A stretch of 64,000 nt of DNA from Bryobacterales bacterium (lineage in GTDB: Bacteria > Acidobacteriota > Terriglobia > Bryobacterales > UBA6623), in assembly GCA_965200705.1 (NCBI GenBank), contig OZ241376.1, positions 2,210,813 to 2,274,812 on the forward strand, given 5' to 3'. Made by a program: the position numbers and the translations under genes. The notes below the pieces were generated by a model. The model searched no databases and was not told the DNA's origin. It was given only the letters and a program-made list of their open reading frames with translations. The first letter of the stretch is position 1. Each line of letters opens with the position of its first letter. Below, piece after piece: positions 26,361 through 36,143 of this stretch.

Positions 26361-29051
26361 ATGGCGGATGCAAACAGAGCGGGCCCGCTTGTCATCGTGG
26401 AGTCCCCGACGAAGGCCCGGACGATCAAGAAGTTCCTGCCGGCCGATTTCCAGGTGAAGGCCTCCGTGGGACACGTTCGCGACCTGCCCTCGAGCGCGAA
26501 GGACCTGCCGGCCAAGGCGCGAAAGGCGCCGTGGGCGCGTCTCGGCGTGGAGATCGGCGAGGACTTCAAGGCGCACTACGTTGTCCCGAAGGAAAAGCAG
26601 CAGATCGTGCGGGAAATCAAGGCCGCCGTGAAGCAGGCGAGCCACATCTACTTCGCAACGGACGAGGACCGCGAGGGGGAGTCGATCAGCTGGCACCTGG
26701 CCGAACTCCTCAAGCCGAAGGTGCCCCACGAGAGGCTCGTCTTCCACGAGATCACGCGGGACGCGATCGGCAAGGCACTCGACAGCCCGCGCACCATCGA
26801 CCACCACCTCGTCGGGGCGCAGGAGACACGCCGCATAGTCGACCGCCTGTTCGGATTCGAGGTCAGCTTCGTGCTTTGGACCAAGATGGTCCAGGGCCTC
26901 AGCGCGGGTCGCGTGCAAAGTCCCGCAGTGAAGCTGCTGGTCGACCGCGAAAGGGCGCGGATCCGCTTCAAGGACGCGGCGTACTGGGGCCTCAAGGCCA
27001 AATTTCTCAAGAACGGAGAGCGATTCGAAGCGCCTCTCGTGCAGCTCGGCGGCAAGCGCATCGTGGTCGGCAAGGACTTCGATCCCGACACCGGACGCCT
27101 GCGGGAAACGCCGTCCGCACGTGGCGAGCGGCTGCTGATCCTCGATCAACGTGCTGCTGCGGAGTGCCAGGAGAGGCTCCGCACGACCTTAGTGAGCGTG
27201 GAGGCCGTGGAGGAGAAGCCGTTCAGCTCCGAGCCTCACGCGCCGTTCGTAACCAGCACGCTGCAGCAGCAGGCCAACGCCAGGCTGCGTCTGCGCGCCA
27301 GGGACACGATGCGCCTCGCCCAGCAGCTCTACGAGAACGGCTTCATCACCTACATGCGCACGGACTCGACGGTCCTGTCTGACGAGGCGAAGTCGGCTGC
27401 GCGGGACCTGATCGTGGAACGCTTCGGCGAGCGTTACCTGTCCGAGAAGGTGCGCTACTACCGCAACACTGTCAAGAACGCCCAAGAGGCACACGAGGCG
27501 ATCCGTCCAGCGGGCGGGAAGTTCCGGGCGGTCGAGGAGGTTCGACGGCTGCTGGGCGACGAGCACGCACGACTCTACGAAATGATCTGGCGACGGACCC
27601 TGGCGAGCCAGATGCGCAACGCCCGCGGCACCACCTCAACCGTCACGGTGCAGGCCGGCGATATGCGCTTCCAGGCCTCAGGGCGCCGTGTCGAATTCGC
27701 TGGCTACCTTATGGCCTACCGCAAGGATCTCGCCGTCGAGGACAAGGAAGCGGGCGGCGACGACAGGACTAGGCTGCTGCCAGGCAACGTACGGTCGCTG
27801 CCGAAGCTGCAGCCTGATGATGTCCTGGTCGTGGAGGACGCCGAGGCATCTGAGCGCCACACGCAGCCACCGCAGCGATACACCGAGGGCAGCCTGATCC
27901 GGGAGCTTGAGAAGCGCGGCATCGGAAGACCGAGCACTTGGGCTACGGTCGTCGACCTAGTGCAGTCGCGTGGCTACGCGTTCCGGCGCAGAGGCGCACT
28001 GGTGCCAAGCTTCACGGCGATTCTGGTGGTCCGACTCCTGGAGGACCACTTCCAGCAGCTTGTGGACTACCAGTTCACGGCTCAGCTCGAGGACCAGCTG
28101 GACGCCATCGCCCGCGGGGAGATGGCGCGTCAGGCATGTCTCAAGACCTTCTACTTCGGTTCCCGCACGAACGGGGACCCCGTCGGGGGGCAGCAGGGTC
28201 CCAGCGGTCTCGAGGGTCTCGTGAAGACCGCAAGGGAGAACATTGCGCCTCGAGCGGTTTGCAGCATGTCGATCGAGGATTCCGACAGGGACCGCACCAT
28301 CCAGGTGAGGATCGGCAAGTTCGGTCCGTTTCTCAGCGATCCGGAGGACGAGTCGCGCACCTGCAGCGTGCCCGACGACCTGCCGCCCGACGAGCTTACG
28401 GCCGCAAAGGCGCGGGAGATGCTGGATGACGCCAACCGGGCGCCGGTTCTCCTCGGCGAGTCGGAGTCCGAGGGGGCGGTCTACCTCATGCACGGTTCCT
28501 TCGGACCGTACGTGCAGTTCGGCAACGACAAGAGGAAGAAGGGCACGAAGCGCGCCTATCCTGCGGACGGGACGGCCGCCGACTCGATCGACCTCGCCAT
28601 GGCGCTCAAGCTGCTGTCGCTGCCGCGCACGCTGGGCACGCACCCCGAGAACAACGCGGACGTCGTCGTTGCCAAGGGCAGGTATGGCCCCTATGTGCGA
28701 TGCGGCAAGGAGACGCGGTCCGTGCCGGCGGACCAGAGTCCCTACGACCTGACCATGGACCAGGCGCTAGCTCTCCTGCGACAGGAAAAGAGACGCGGAG
28801 CCAGACGGTCGAGCGAGCCTCTCAGGGTGATCGGCAGCCATCCCGAAACCAAGGACGAGATCAAGGTCCTCGACGGCCGGTGGGGACCATACGTGACAGA
28901 CGGAACGATCAACGCCTCGCTGCCGCGGGGCAAGGATCCGAAGGCGATCGAAATGGACGAGGCGGTCGATCTGCTGCGCGCCCGGGCGGCAAGGATCGCC
29001 GAGGGTGGCGGACGAAAGCGAAGGACCCGCAGGACCGGACGGCGTTCGTGA
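26361..29051 (+). CDS. topA: DNA topoisomerase I (type IA)
   Basis: ..LVIVESPTKARTIKKFL..GHVRDLP..ATDEDREGE..YITYMRTDS.. A long C-terminal region follows. Confidence 0.95.
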   Translation: MADANRAGPLVIVESPTKARTIKKFLPADFQVKASVGHVRDLPSSAKDLPAKARKAPWARLGVEIGEDFKAHYVVPKEKQQIVREIKAAVKQASHIYFATDEDREGESISWHLAELLKPKVPHERLVFHEITRDAIGKALDSPRTIDHHLVGAQETRRIVDRLFGFEVSFVLWTKMVQGLSAGRVQSPAVKLLVDRERARIRFKDAAYWGLKAKFLKNGERFEAPLVQLGGKRIVVGKDFDPDTGRLRETPSARGERLLILDQRAAAECQERLRTTLVSVEAVEEKPFSSEPHAPFVTSTLQQQANARLRLRARDTMRLAQQLYENGFITYMRTDSTVLSDEAKSAARDLIVERFGERYLSEKVRYYRNTVKNAQEAHEAIRPAGGKFRAVEEVRRLLGDEHARLYEMIWRRTLASQMRNARGTTSTVTVQAGDMRFQASGRRVEFAGYLMAYRKDLAVEDKEAGGDDRTRLLPGNVRSLPKLQPDDVLVVEDAEASERHTQPPQRYTEGSLIRELEKRGIGRPSTWATVVDLVQSRGYAFRRRGALVPSFTAILVVRLLEDHFQQLVDYQFTAQLEDQLDAIARGEMARQACLKTFYFGSRTNGDPVGGQQGPSGLEGLVKTARENIAPRAVCSMSIEDSDRDRTIQVRIGKFGPFLSDPEDESRTCSVPDDLPPDELTAAKAREMLDDANRAPVLLGESESEGAVYLMHGSFGPYVQFGNDKRKKGTKRAYPADGTAADSIDLAMALKLLSLPRTLGTHPENNADVVVAKGRYGPYVRCGKETRSVPADQSPYDLTMDQALALLRQEKRRGARRSSEPLRVIGSHPETKDEIKVLDGRWGPYVTDGTINASLPRGKDPKAIEMDEAVDLLRARAARIAEGGGRKRRTRRTGRRS

Positions 29052-29761
29052 CGCAAAGCCGCAAGGCCCTCACCGTCCTCGCTATCGACACAGCGCGCAG
29101 CGAAGGCAGCGTCTGCATCGCGACGGGTGGCATCCCCGCAGGCGTCCTCTCCCTGGGCCATGCCCCAAGGTTTGACAGGGTCCTCTTTGGCGCCATACAG
29201 AAGCTGCTAGCCGACTGCGGCGTGGGTCTGGCCGACATGGACGGCTTCGGGGCCGCCACCGGGCCGGGTTCGTTCACGGGCATTCGGGTCGGACTCAGCG
29301 CCGCGAAGGCGCTGGCTGAGGCCCACCAGCGGCCCCTGGTGGGCGTCTCGAGCCTGCGGGCCGTGGCGGTCTCGGCCGGCAGCGGCGACGGCAAGGCTGT
29401 TCGCGTAGCCCTGCTAGACGCGCGTCGGGGCGAACTGTTCGCCGGGTTCTACGACTCCGAGGGACGCGCGTCGGAGCCAGAGCGATTCGGTTCCTGGGAG
29501 GATCTGGCCCCTTCGGTCGATGGACAGAACGTATTTCTGGTGACCAACGAGCCCAGCACCCGCGCACGGGTCGACGCAGTGGCTCCGACTGGCCTTTGGG
29601 CGCCCGAGGACGCCCCCGCCTGCCAGGCCCCCGCCGTCGCGCTGCTCGCAACGCGGGACATCAAGGCCGGACGGGGCTGCCTACCCGAGATGGTCGACGC
29701 CAACTACGTGCGACGGCCCAGCGTCACACTGCCCAGTCAGGCAGCGCACTCCAAGCCCTGA
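29048..29761 (+). CDS. tsaB: tRNA t6A biosynthesis protein TsaB
   Basis: ..LAIDTA..GPGSFTGIRVGLSAAKALA.. A GTG start overlaps the topA stop (GTGA). Confidence 0.8.
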   Translation: MTQSRKALTVLAIDTARSEGSVCIATGGIPAGVLSLGHAPRFDRVLFGAIQKLLADCGVGLADMDGFGAATGPGSFTGIRVGLSAAKALAEAHQRPLVGVSSLRAVAVSAGSGDGKAVRVALLDARRGELFAGFYDSEGRASEPERFGSWEDLAPSVDGQNVFLVTNEPSTRARVDAVAPTGLWAPEDAPACQAPAVALLATRDIKAGRGCLPEMVDANYVRRPSVTLPSQAAHSKP

Positions 29762-30840
29762 AGGGTTGACTGCAGGAAGCCCGCAATTGGCCCGGTCTGC
29801 TCCGCGGCCTCCAGCAGAAACGCATCGTGGCCGTAGCTGGACGGGATCTCCAGGTAGGCGACGTCGCGCGCCAGCCGGGTCAGGGCACGGACGATCTCCT
29901 GGGACTGGTAGCTGGGGTACAGCCAGTCCGACGTGAAGCTGAGGACGAGGAACCGTGTGTCGCCCGTCTGGAAGCAGTCCTCCAGGGCCGCGTGGCTCTG
30001 GACCAGGTCGAACGTGTCCATGGCCCGCGTGATGACGAGGTAGGAGTTGGCGTCGAAGCGGTTCACGAACTGCCCGCCGCGGTAGCGCAAGTACGACTCG
30101 ACCTCGAACATGTCGCTCTCCCCGGAGACCTTGCGGCGGCGACGACCGAACTTCTCCCGCATCGAGGCGTCGCTCATGTAGGTGATGTGACCAACCATCC
30201 GAGCCACTGCCAAGCCGCGCTCCGGAACCTTCCGGTCGTAGTAGTCGCCCAGATGGAAGTCTGGATCCGCCATGATGGCCTGCCGCCCGACCTCGTTGAA
30301 GGCGATCTGCTGGGCCGAGTGCCTGTGCGTCGTGGCGATGGGTATCGCCGAGGCAACGCAGTCCGGGCACGAGACGGCCCACTCCAGTGCCTGCATGCCG
30401 CCCATCGAGCCGCCAGCCACTGAGAGCAGACGATCGATCCCGAGAGACTCGACCAGCAGCCTTTGCAGCCGCACCATGTCGGCGATGGAAACTGGCGGGA
30501 AGCTGGAGCCGTATGGCCGACCCGTGGCCGGATCGATGGAACTGGGCCCCGTCGTGCCGCAGCAGCTGCCTAGTACATTGGACGCGATCACGAAGTAGCG
30601 GTCGGTGTCGAAGGCCTTGCCCGGGCCAATCATGTTCGACCACCAGCCGTCCTCGCCGGTAAGTTCGCTGACGCCCGCCGCATGGGCGTCCCCCGAGAAC
30701 GCGTGCAGGATCAGGATGGCATTGGAGCGGTCCCGGTTGAGCCTGCCGTACGTCTCATAGGCAACCTGAACCGGCGCCAGCACCTGGCTGCAGTCCAGTT
30801 CGAGCCGCTCGAAGTGCGCGACAGAGGGCGTGACGGTCAT
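29737..30840 (-). CDS. metX: Homoserine O-acetyltransferase
   Basis: ..VAYETYGRLN..NAILILHAFSGDAHAAG..GGSMGGMQALEW.. Confidence 0.9.
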   Translation of the reverse strand: MTVTPSVAHFERLELDCSQVLAPVQVAYETYGRLNRDRSNAILILHAFSGDAHAAGVSELTGEDGWWSNMIGPGKAFDTDRYFVIASNVLGSCCGTTGPSSIDPATGRPYGSSFPPVSIADMVRLQRLLVESLGIDRLLSVAGGSMGGMQALEWAVSCPDCVASAIPIATTHRHSAQQIAFNEVGRQAIMADPDFHLGDYYDRKVPERGLAVARMVGHITYMSDASMREKFGRRRRKVSGESDMFEVESYLRYRGGQFVNRFDANSYLVITRAMDTFDLVQSHAALEDCFQTGDTRFLVLSFTSDWLYPSYQSQEIVRALTRLARDVAYLEIPSSYGHDAFLLEAAEQTGPIAGFLQSTLQGLECAA

Positions 30841-30997
30841 TCGATATTCCTCACTATAGGCGGGCAGCCGCCCCTGGATTCGGCGGGTATGATGAGGTGT
30901 CGGCGCTACACGGCAGGCCTCCAGAAGGCGCTGTCGGCAGCCGACGGACCCCGACGCGTCGCCGTCGTCCCCTCAGACGCCACAGCAGGCACTCCAC

Positions 30998-32857
30998 ATG
31001 TCCACAGCCCTTGCAGACAGCAACCTCGCCGGCCTTCAAGACAAGGCCACCCGCATGCGAATCCACTCCGTCCGGTCCACCACGACGGCGGGCAGCGGGC
31101 ATCCAACCACGTGCACGTCGGCGGCCGAGATCATGGCTGCGCTGTTCTTCGACGCCATGCGGTACGACCCGCAGGATCCAGCGAGCGAGGCCAACGATGT
31201 CTTCATCCTCTCGAAGGGACACGCCGCGCCGATCCTCTACGCAGCCTGGTCGGAGGCCGGATACCTCCCCGAGAGCGAGCTGCTGAACCTTCGCAAGATC
31301 GATTCCGACCTCGAAGGGCATCCACCAACGACGCTCCCGTTCGTGGACGTCGCGACAGGTTCCCTGGGACAGGGCCTGAGCGTGGGCGTGGGCATGGCGC
31401 ACGCCTGCCGCCTCGACGGCACCGACCGGCGCATCTGGGTGCTCCTCGGTGACGGCGAGATCGCCGAGGGCTCGGTCTGGGAGGCCGCATCGATGGCGGC
31501 GAACGACAAGTTGGGCAACCTCATCGCCACCGTCGACGTGAACCGCTTCGGACAGAGCGCCCCCACCATGCTCGAGCACGACATGGACGCCTACCGAGTG
31601 CGCTGGGAGGCGTTCGGCTGGGAAGTCCTCGTGGTCGATGGCCACGACCTAGGCGCACTGATCGAGGCGTACGCGCAGGCACGGTCATCGAGCGGGACAC
31701 CCACGGTGATCCTCGCCAAGACCTTCAAGGGCCGCGGCATCCCCTGCGCCGAGGACCAGGACGGCTGGCACGGCAAGCCGATACCGGCTGGCGAGCTGGC
31801 GGACGAGACCCTAGCGTCGCTCGAGGCGGAGCTCACGGGCGCCGACTTCGAATGGACGCCCAACCTTCCCTCGGGCAACGGTGCCAAACTCGCCGCCGCT
31901 GGGACGCTGGCGGCGCCGCCGTACGAGATTGGCGGTCCGGTCGTTGCGACGCGTCAGGCCTACGGTGCTGCACTGAAGGCCATCGCCGAGGCGGATCAGC
32001 GCATCGTGGGCGTGGACGGGGACGTAGGCAACTCGACCTTCACGACCGACATCGCACAGACCGACGCGAGTCGCCTGATGCAGTGCTACATCGCCGAGCA
32101 GAACCTAGTGGGCGTGGCGATGGGCCTAGCCTGCCGGGGCAAGGTGCCGTTCGCGTCAAGCTTCGCCTGCTTCTTGGCGCGCGGCTACGACTTCATGCGA
32201 CTGGCTGCCATCAGTGAGACAAACATCAAGGTCGTCGGAACCCATGCGGGCATCTCGATTGGCGAGGACGGCGCCTCGCAGATGGGCCTGGAGGACCTAG
32301 CCATGACCTGCGCCGAGCCGAACTACACAGTCTTCTACCCCTCCGACGCCACAAGCGCGTGGAGGGCCATCGAACTGGCCGTTGGCATCGACGGGCCAGT
32401 GTACGTGCGCACCAGCCGACCGAAGACCTCCATCCTGTACGGCCCGGAGGAGCCGTTCCGGGTCGGCGGATCGAAGGTGCTGCGCAGCAGCGCCGACGAC
32501 CGCGTTGCCATCGTCGCAGCGGGCGTCACGCTCTACGAGGCGCTGGACGCGGCCGACCAGCTGGCTGAGGAGGGCATCAGCGCCCGCGTCATCGACCTGT
32601 TCTGCGTGCAGCCCGTGGACCGCGCAACGCTGGAGACGGCCGCAGCGGAGTGCGAGGGACGCGTCATCACGGTCGAAGACCACTACGTACATGGCGGGAT
32701 CGGCAGCGCCGTTCTGGGCGCCCTAGCCGAGACCGGAGCCCGTGTGCGGCAGCTCGCAGTGCGCGGCATCGCACGGAGCGGGAAGCCCGCCGAACTGCTC
32801 GACCGGTTCGGCATCTCGGCTCGTCACATCGTGGCGGCCGCCCGCGACATGACCTGA
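30998..32857 (+). CDS. tkt: Transketolase
   Basis: ..SGHPTTCTSAAEIMAALFF..LSKGHAAP..GDGEIAEGSVWEA.. Confidence 0.95.
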   Translation: MSTALADSNLAGLQDKATRMRIHSVRSTTTAGSGHPTTCTSAAEIMAALFFDAMRYDPQDPASEANDVFILSKGHAAPILYAAWSEAGYLPESELLNLRKIDSDLEGHPPTTLPFVDVATGSLGQGLSVGVGMAHACRLDGTDRRIWVLLGDGEIAEGSVWEAASMAANDKLGNLIATVDVNRFGQSAPTMLEHDMDAYRVRWEAFGWEVLVVDGHDLGALIEAYAQARSSSGTPTVILAKTFKGRGIPCAEDQDGWHGKPIPAGELADETLASLEAELTGADFEWTPNLPSGNGAKLAAAGTLAAPPYEIGGPVVATRQAYGAALKAIAEADQRIVGVDGDVGNSTFTTDIAQTDASRLMQCYIAEQNLVGVAMGLACRGKVPFASSFACFLARGYDFMRLAAISETNIKVVGTHAGISIGEDGASQMGLEDLAMTCAEPNYTVFYPSDATSAWRAIELAVGIDGPVYVRTSRPKTSILYGPEEPFRVGGSKVLRSSADDRVAIVAAGVTLYEALDAADQLAEEGISARVIDLFCVQPVDRATLETAAAECEGRVITVEDHYVHGGIGSAVLGALAETGARVRQLAVRGIARSGKPAELLDRFGISARHIVAAARDMT

Positions 32858-32876
32858 CGCCGGGCTATCCCGTGAG

Positions 32877-35800
32877 TTAAGCGGGGCTGGCCGGCTGGAC
32901 CTGCCGGCATTGCACGCAGTGGGGGCTGCGACAAGGAGGGTACTCTTGCCGCCACTGGGCTTCGAAGAAGCTGGTCACCATCCCCGCGGCGCGATCCAGA
33001 GCTGACTGACTGATGTCCACCTCCACGGGCATTCCGGTCCGCAGAAAGAACACCACCGCTGTGTCGGCCGGTCGGCCGGATCGGGCGAGGCCGGCGGCAT
33101 AGAGCTGCAGCTGCGGAGCATGCCGCGCCGCGGCCCGGCTTGCCGCACCGCGAGGGACCTGGTCGGTCTTGTAGTCCACAAGCACCGTCTGACCGCCCTC
33201 GTCAAAGAGAAGGTCGATCGTGCCGCGCAGCATGAACCGTTCGATGGCGAACACGAAGGCCATCTCACGGTCGACCCGGTGGGCCCTCTCGACACGCCTG
33301 CCCAGTTCGTGGCGCTCGAACCTCCGTGCGAGGCGCCGCACGTCCTCTCTGACAGGGCCCTTCAACTCCCCTGCAAGGTACCGGTGCACCTCGTCCCCAA
33401 AGGCAGCGCCGGCCTTGGGCGTCGGGCTCCGGCCCCTACTCGTCCCCTGCGCCTGTGCGTCTGCGCCGGCGTTCGACTCCGGAGCAATACCGAGATAGCG
33501 CTGTAGGAAGTACCGTCGCGGACAGTCGTGGAATTCTGTCACCGACGTGACCGCGGCAACGAAATCCTCCTGAGCCGACGGCGCCAGAGGCCGCAGCAGT
33601 TTGGGCGTCGGGAGAGTGACAACTCCCGGCTCCGGACCGGTCGGCCGCGGTCCGATGTTCGCATAGCGCTGCCATCGGCGCAGGTTGCCGACTCCTTGGA
33701 CTCCGGGTTCGCCGTCAGGCAGATCCTTAGGGTCGATGTCCAAGCGCTTGAAGACGGCACCCGAGTACCCGGACCTCGTCGGCTTGGCCCGGAACGTCTG
33801 GCTCAGCAGCAGATGTTCTTCAGCCCTGGTCATTGCCACGTAGAGCAGGCGGTCCCGCTCCTCCTTTGCGAGTGCCCGGATCTCCCTTTTCGCCGACCGA
33901 CAGGCGGCATCCTCCGTTGGAGCACCGAACGGCTCCTTCCAGCGGGCTCCGATGCCATGAGCCTCCGAGAAGATCACCCGGTTCGAGGAAACCTTTTGAG
34001 GGGTCTGGAGCGACGCCAGCACGACCACCGGGTATTCGAGACCCTTGGCGCCGTGCATCGTGAGCACGTCCACCCCGTGCCGCGACCCCGCGGGGCGGGA
34101 CGACTGACGCTCCGGGAGCGGCGCCTCAAGCTCTCTGTCTAGCGCCTCGCAGAGCGCATCCAGGCTTCTGGCCCCGCTCTCTGCACGTCTGCCGATCCAG
34201 TCCAGCAGTCGGTCGAGGTTGTGCATCGAGCGGGTCGCGTCCGGACGCTGGGCCAGCCAGCCTCTGTATCCGGAATCGCTAAGGGCGCGCGACAGCAGGT
34301 GGCGCACCGGCACCGTGGCCCTGTCGGCGCGACACTCGGAAAACACCCTGCTGAACCGTGCAATCCGCGCCTCCTCCCCGCCGACGCCAGCCAGCCCGCC
34401 GCGGCTGGACTCCTCGAGAATTGCCTTGAGGCTGCCGCCGTCGCGCTTGCTGCGCAGCAAAGTGGCGTCGCTCACGCCACAGAAGGCGGACTTCAGCACC
34501 GCGGCAAGGCTGATCTCGTCCCAGGGGTTGCGGAGCACACGGAGAAACGCCGCGACTTCCACAGTCTCGGGTGCGTCGAACAGCCCGCGGCCCCCCGACG
34601 TTCCACAGGGAATGGCCCAGCGTCGCAGCTCGGCGGCGATCTCTTCGCACTTGCGATGAGTCTGCACGAGGATCGCGATGTCCTCCCACTCCACTGCGCG
34701 AACTGCGCCAGGCGGACCCTTGCGGTCCGCCAACCGCAGTTCCTTCCGCAGCGTGTGCAGGCGCTCTGCAATCCAAGCGGCCTCGAGCTGTACGGCGAAA
34801 GCCCCGCCGTCAGCGGAGACATGCACCTCGCAACTGGGCTCGACCTTCTGCGGGAACGAATAGCCGCTTGTGAGTTCATGGGCCTCAATCCCACCGTCGG
34901 CATCGCCCGGGAGTACCACGCCGACCATGTCGAGGATCTCCGGACGGCTCCGAAAGTTCGATGTCAGGTGAATGACTTCGCCTCCGGCCTCCTCGACCCC
35001 TTCACGGTAATCGCGGAAGACCCCTTGGTCGGCGTGCCGGAAGGAGTAGATGGACTGGTTCTGGTCGCCGACCACGAATCGCACGGGCCGCTGATCCTCG
35101 TCGTGCGCCTCGACGAGATGCTCGAGGAGCCTAATCTGCAGGGGATTCGTGTCCTGGAACTCGTCGACCAGCACGTGCTCGTACCGGACTCGCGGCGCTC
35201 GACTCGTGGCGAGCAGCGTGGCCCCGTGCGCGAGCAGGTCCTGAAAGTCCATCCTCCCCGCTGTGAGCTTCGCCGCGGCGAACGAGCGCAGCGCCTGGCT
35301 CACGGTGCCAACGAGCCACTCGCGCGCTGGAAGGTTGTGTAGCGATACAGCGGCCGCCTCGCATTGCGGCAGCAAGTCATCCCGGATGCTCTTGATTAGG
35401 TCCTTGTGCCGGCCTCTCGCTTGGCGATGCTTCACTTCCTTGCGGACGGCCGCCAGTGTCTGGCCCAGACCCTCAGTGTCGTCCTCGTGCAGGCCACCCA
35501 TGCGACGGGCAAGGCCGCCGAGGGCATCGTCACCGAGGGCTGTTGCCAGCGAATCGAGTGCAGCTGTCAGATCCGCACTGGGGAGCCGCGGTTTCGACAG
35601 GGATGGCCGATGGTCGTAGCTCCGCAAAGACCGAACCAGATCGGCGATTGCCCCGTGGACCTCATGACCGCCGCCCGTGACATCCGCCTGAGGCGCGAAG
35701 GAGGAGAGGAATTGGTTCAGGGGCGCGCCGCCACGAGCGAAGCGACGCTCCAATACCCGGTCAATCGACTCGTGCAGCAGATTCGCCGCCTCACGCTCGT

Positions 35801-36143
35801 CGAGGATCTCGAAGCCCGGATCGACGCCCGCCTCGAGGGCGTTCTCCCGCAGCAGCCTGTGGCAGAAGCCGTCGATGGTGGAGACCTGTACGTCCTGCAG
35901 CCGAGCCCTGTCCTCGGCCGACGAGGTCTTGGGGCGCAGCAGCCTCGACTGCATCTCCTGGGCCGCCTTCTCCGTGAACGTGATGGCAAGGATGCGCTCA
36001 GGCGCCACATTCCTCTCGAGCACGAGCCAGCGCACCCGCTCGACCAGCACACGCGTCTTGCCGGAGCCCGGGCCGGCCACGACGCACACGTCGCCCTTCC
36101 CCCAGCTTCGGACCGCCCTCCTCTGCTCGTCGGTCAGCGTCAT
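32877..36143 (-). CDS. addA: UvrD/Rep-family helicase with a C-terminal PD-(D/E)xK nuclease (AddA-like)
   Basis: MTLTDEQRRAV..VVAGPGSGKTRVLVERV..ILAITFTEKAAQEM..VDEFQDTNP.., with C-terminal ..RGTIDLLF..VLVDYKTD. The ATG overlaps the upstream stop (ATGA at 36140-36143). Confidence 0.85.
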   Translation of the reverse strand: MTLTDEQRRAVRSWGKGDVCVVAGPGSGKTRVLVERVRWLVLERNVAPERILAITFTEKAAQEMQSRLLRPKTSSAEDRARLQDVQVSTIDGFCHRLLRENALEAGVDPGFEILDEREAANLLHESIDRVLERRFARGGAPLNQFLSSFAPQADVTGGGHEVHGAIADLVRSLRSYDHRPSLSKPRLPSADLTAALDSLATALGDDALGGLARRMGGLHEDDTEGLGQTLAAVRKEVKHRQARGRHKDLIKSIRDDLLPQCEAAAVSLHNLPAREWLVGTVSQALRSFAAAKLTAGRMDFQDLLAHGATLLATSRAPRVRYEHVLVDEFQDTNPLQIRLLEHLVEAHDEDQRPVRFVVGDQNQSIYSFRHADQGVFRDYREGVEEAGGEVIHLTSNFRSRPEILDMVGVVLPGDADGGIEAHELTSGYSFPQKVEPSCEVHVSADGGAFAVQLEAAWIAERLHTLRKELRLADRKGPPGAVRAVEWEDIAILVQTHRKCEEIAAELRRWAIPCGTSGGRGLFDAPETVEVAAFLRVLRNPWDEISLAAVLKSAFCGVSDATLLRSKRDGGSLKAILEESSRGGLAGVGGEEARIARFSRVFSECRADRATVPVRHLLSRALSDSGYRGWLAQRPDATRSMHNLDRLLDWIGRRAESGARSLDALCEALDRELEAPLPERQSSRPAGSRHGVDVLTMHGAKGLEYPVVVLASLQTPQKVSSNRVIFSEAHGIGARWKEPFGAPTEDAACRSAKREIRALAKEERDRLLYVAMTRAEEHLLLSQTFRAKPTRSGYSGAVFKRLDIDPKDLPDGEPGVQGVGNLRRWQRYANIGPRPTGPEPGVVTLPTPKLLRPLAPSAQEDFVAAVTSVTEFHDCPRRYFLQRYLGIAPESNAGADAQAQGTSRGRSPTPKAGAAFGDEVHRYLAGELKGPVREDVRRLARRFERHELGRRVERAHRVDREMAFVFAIERFMLRGTIDLLFDEGGQTVLVDYKTDQVPRGAASRAAARHAPQLQLYAAGLARSGRPADTAVVFFLRTGMPVEVDISQSALDRAAGMVTSFFEAQWRQEYPPCRSPHCVQCRQVQPASPA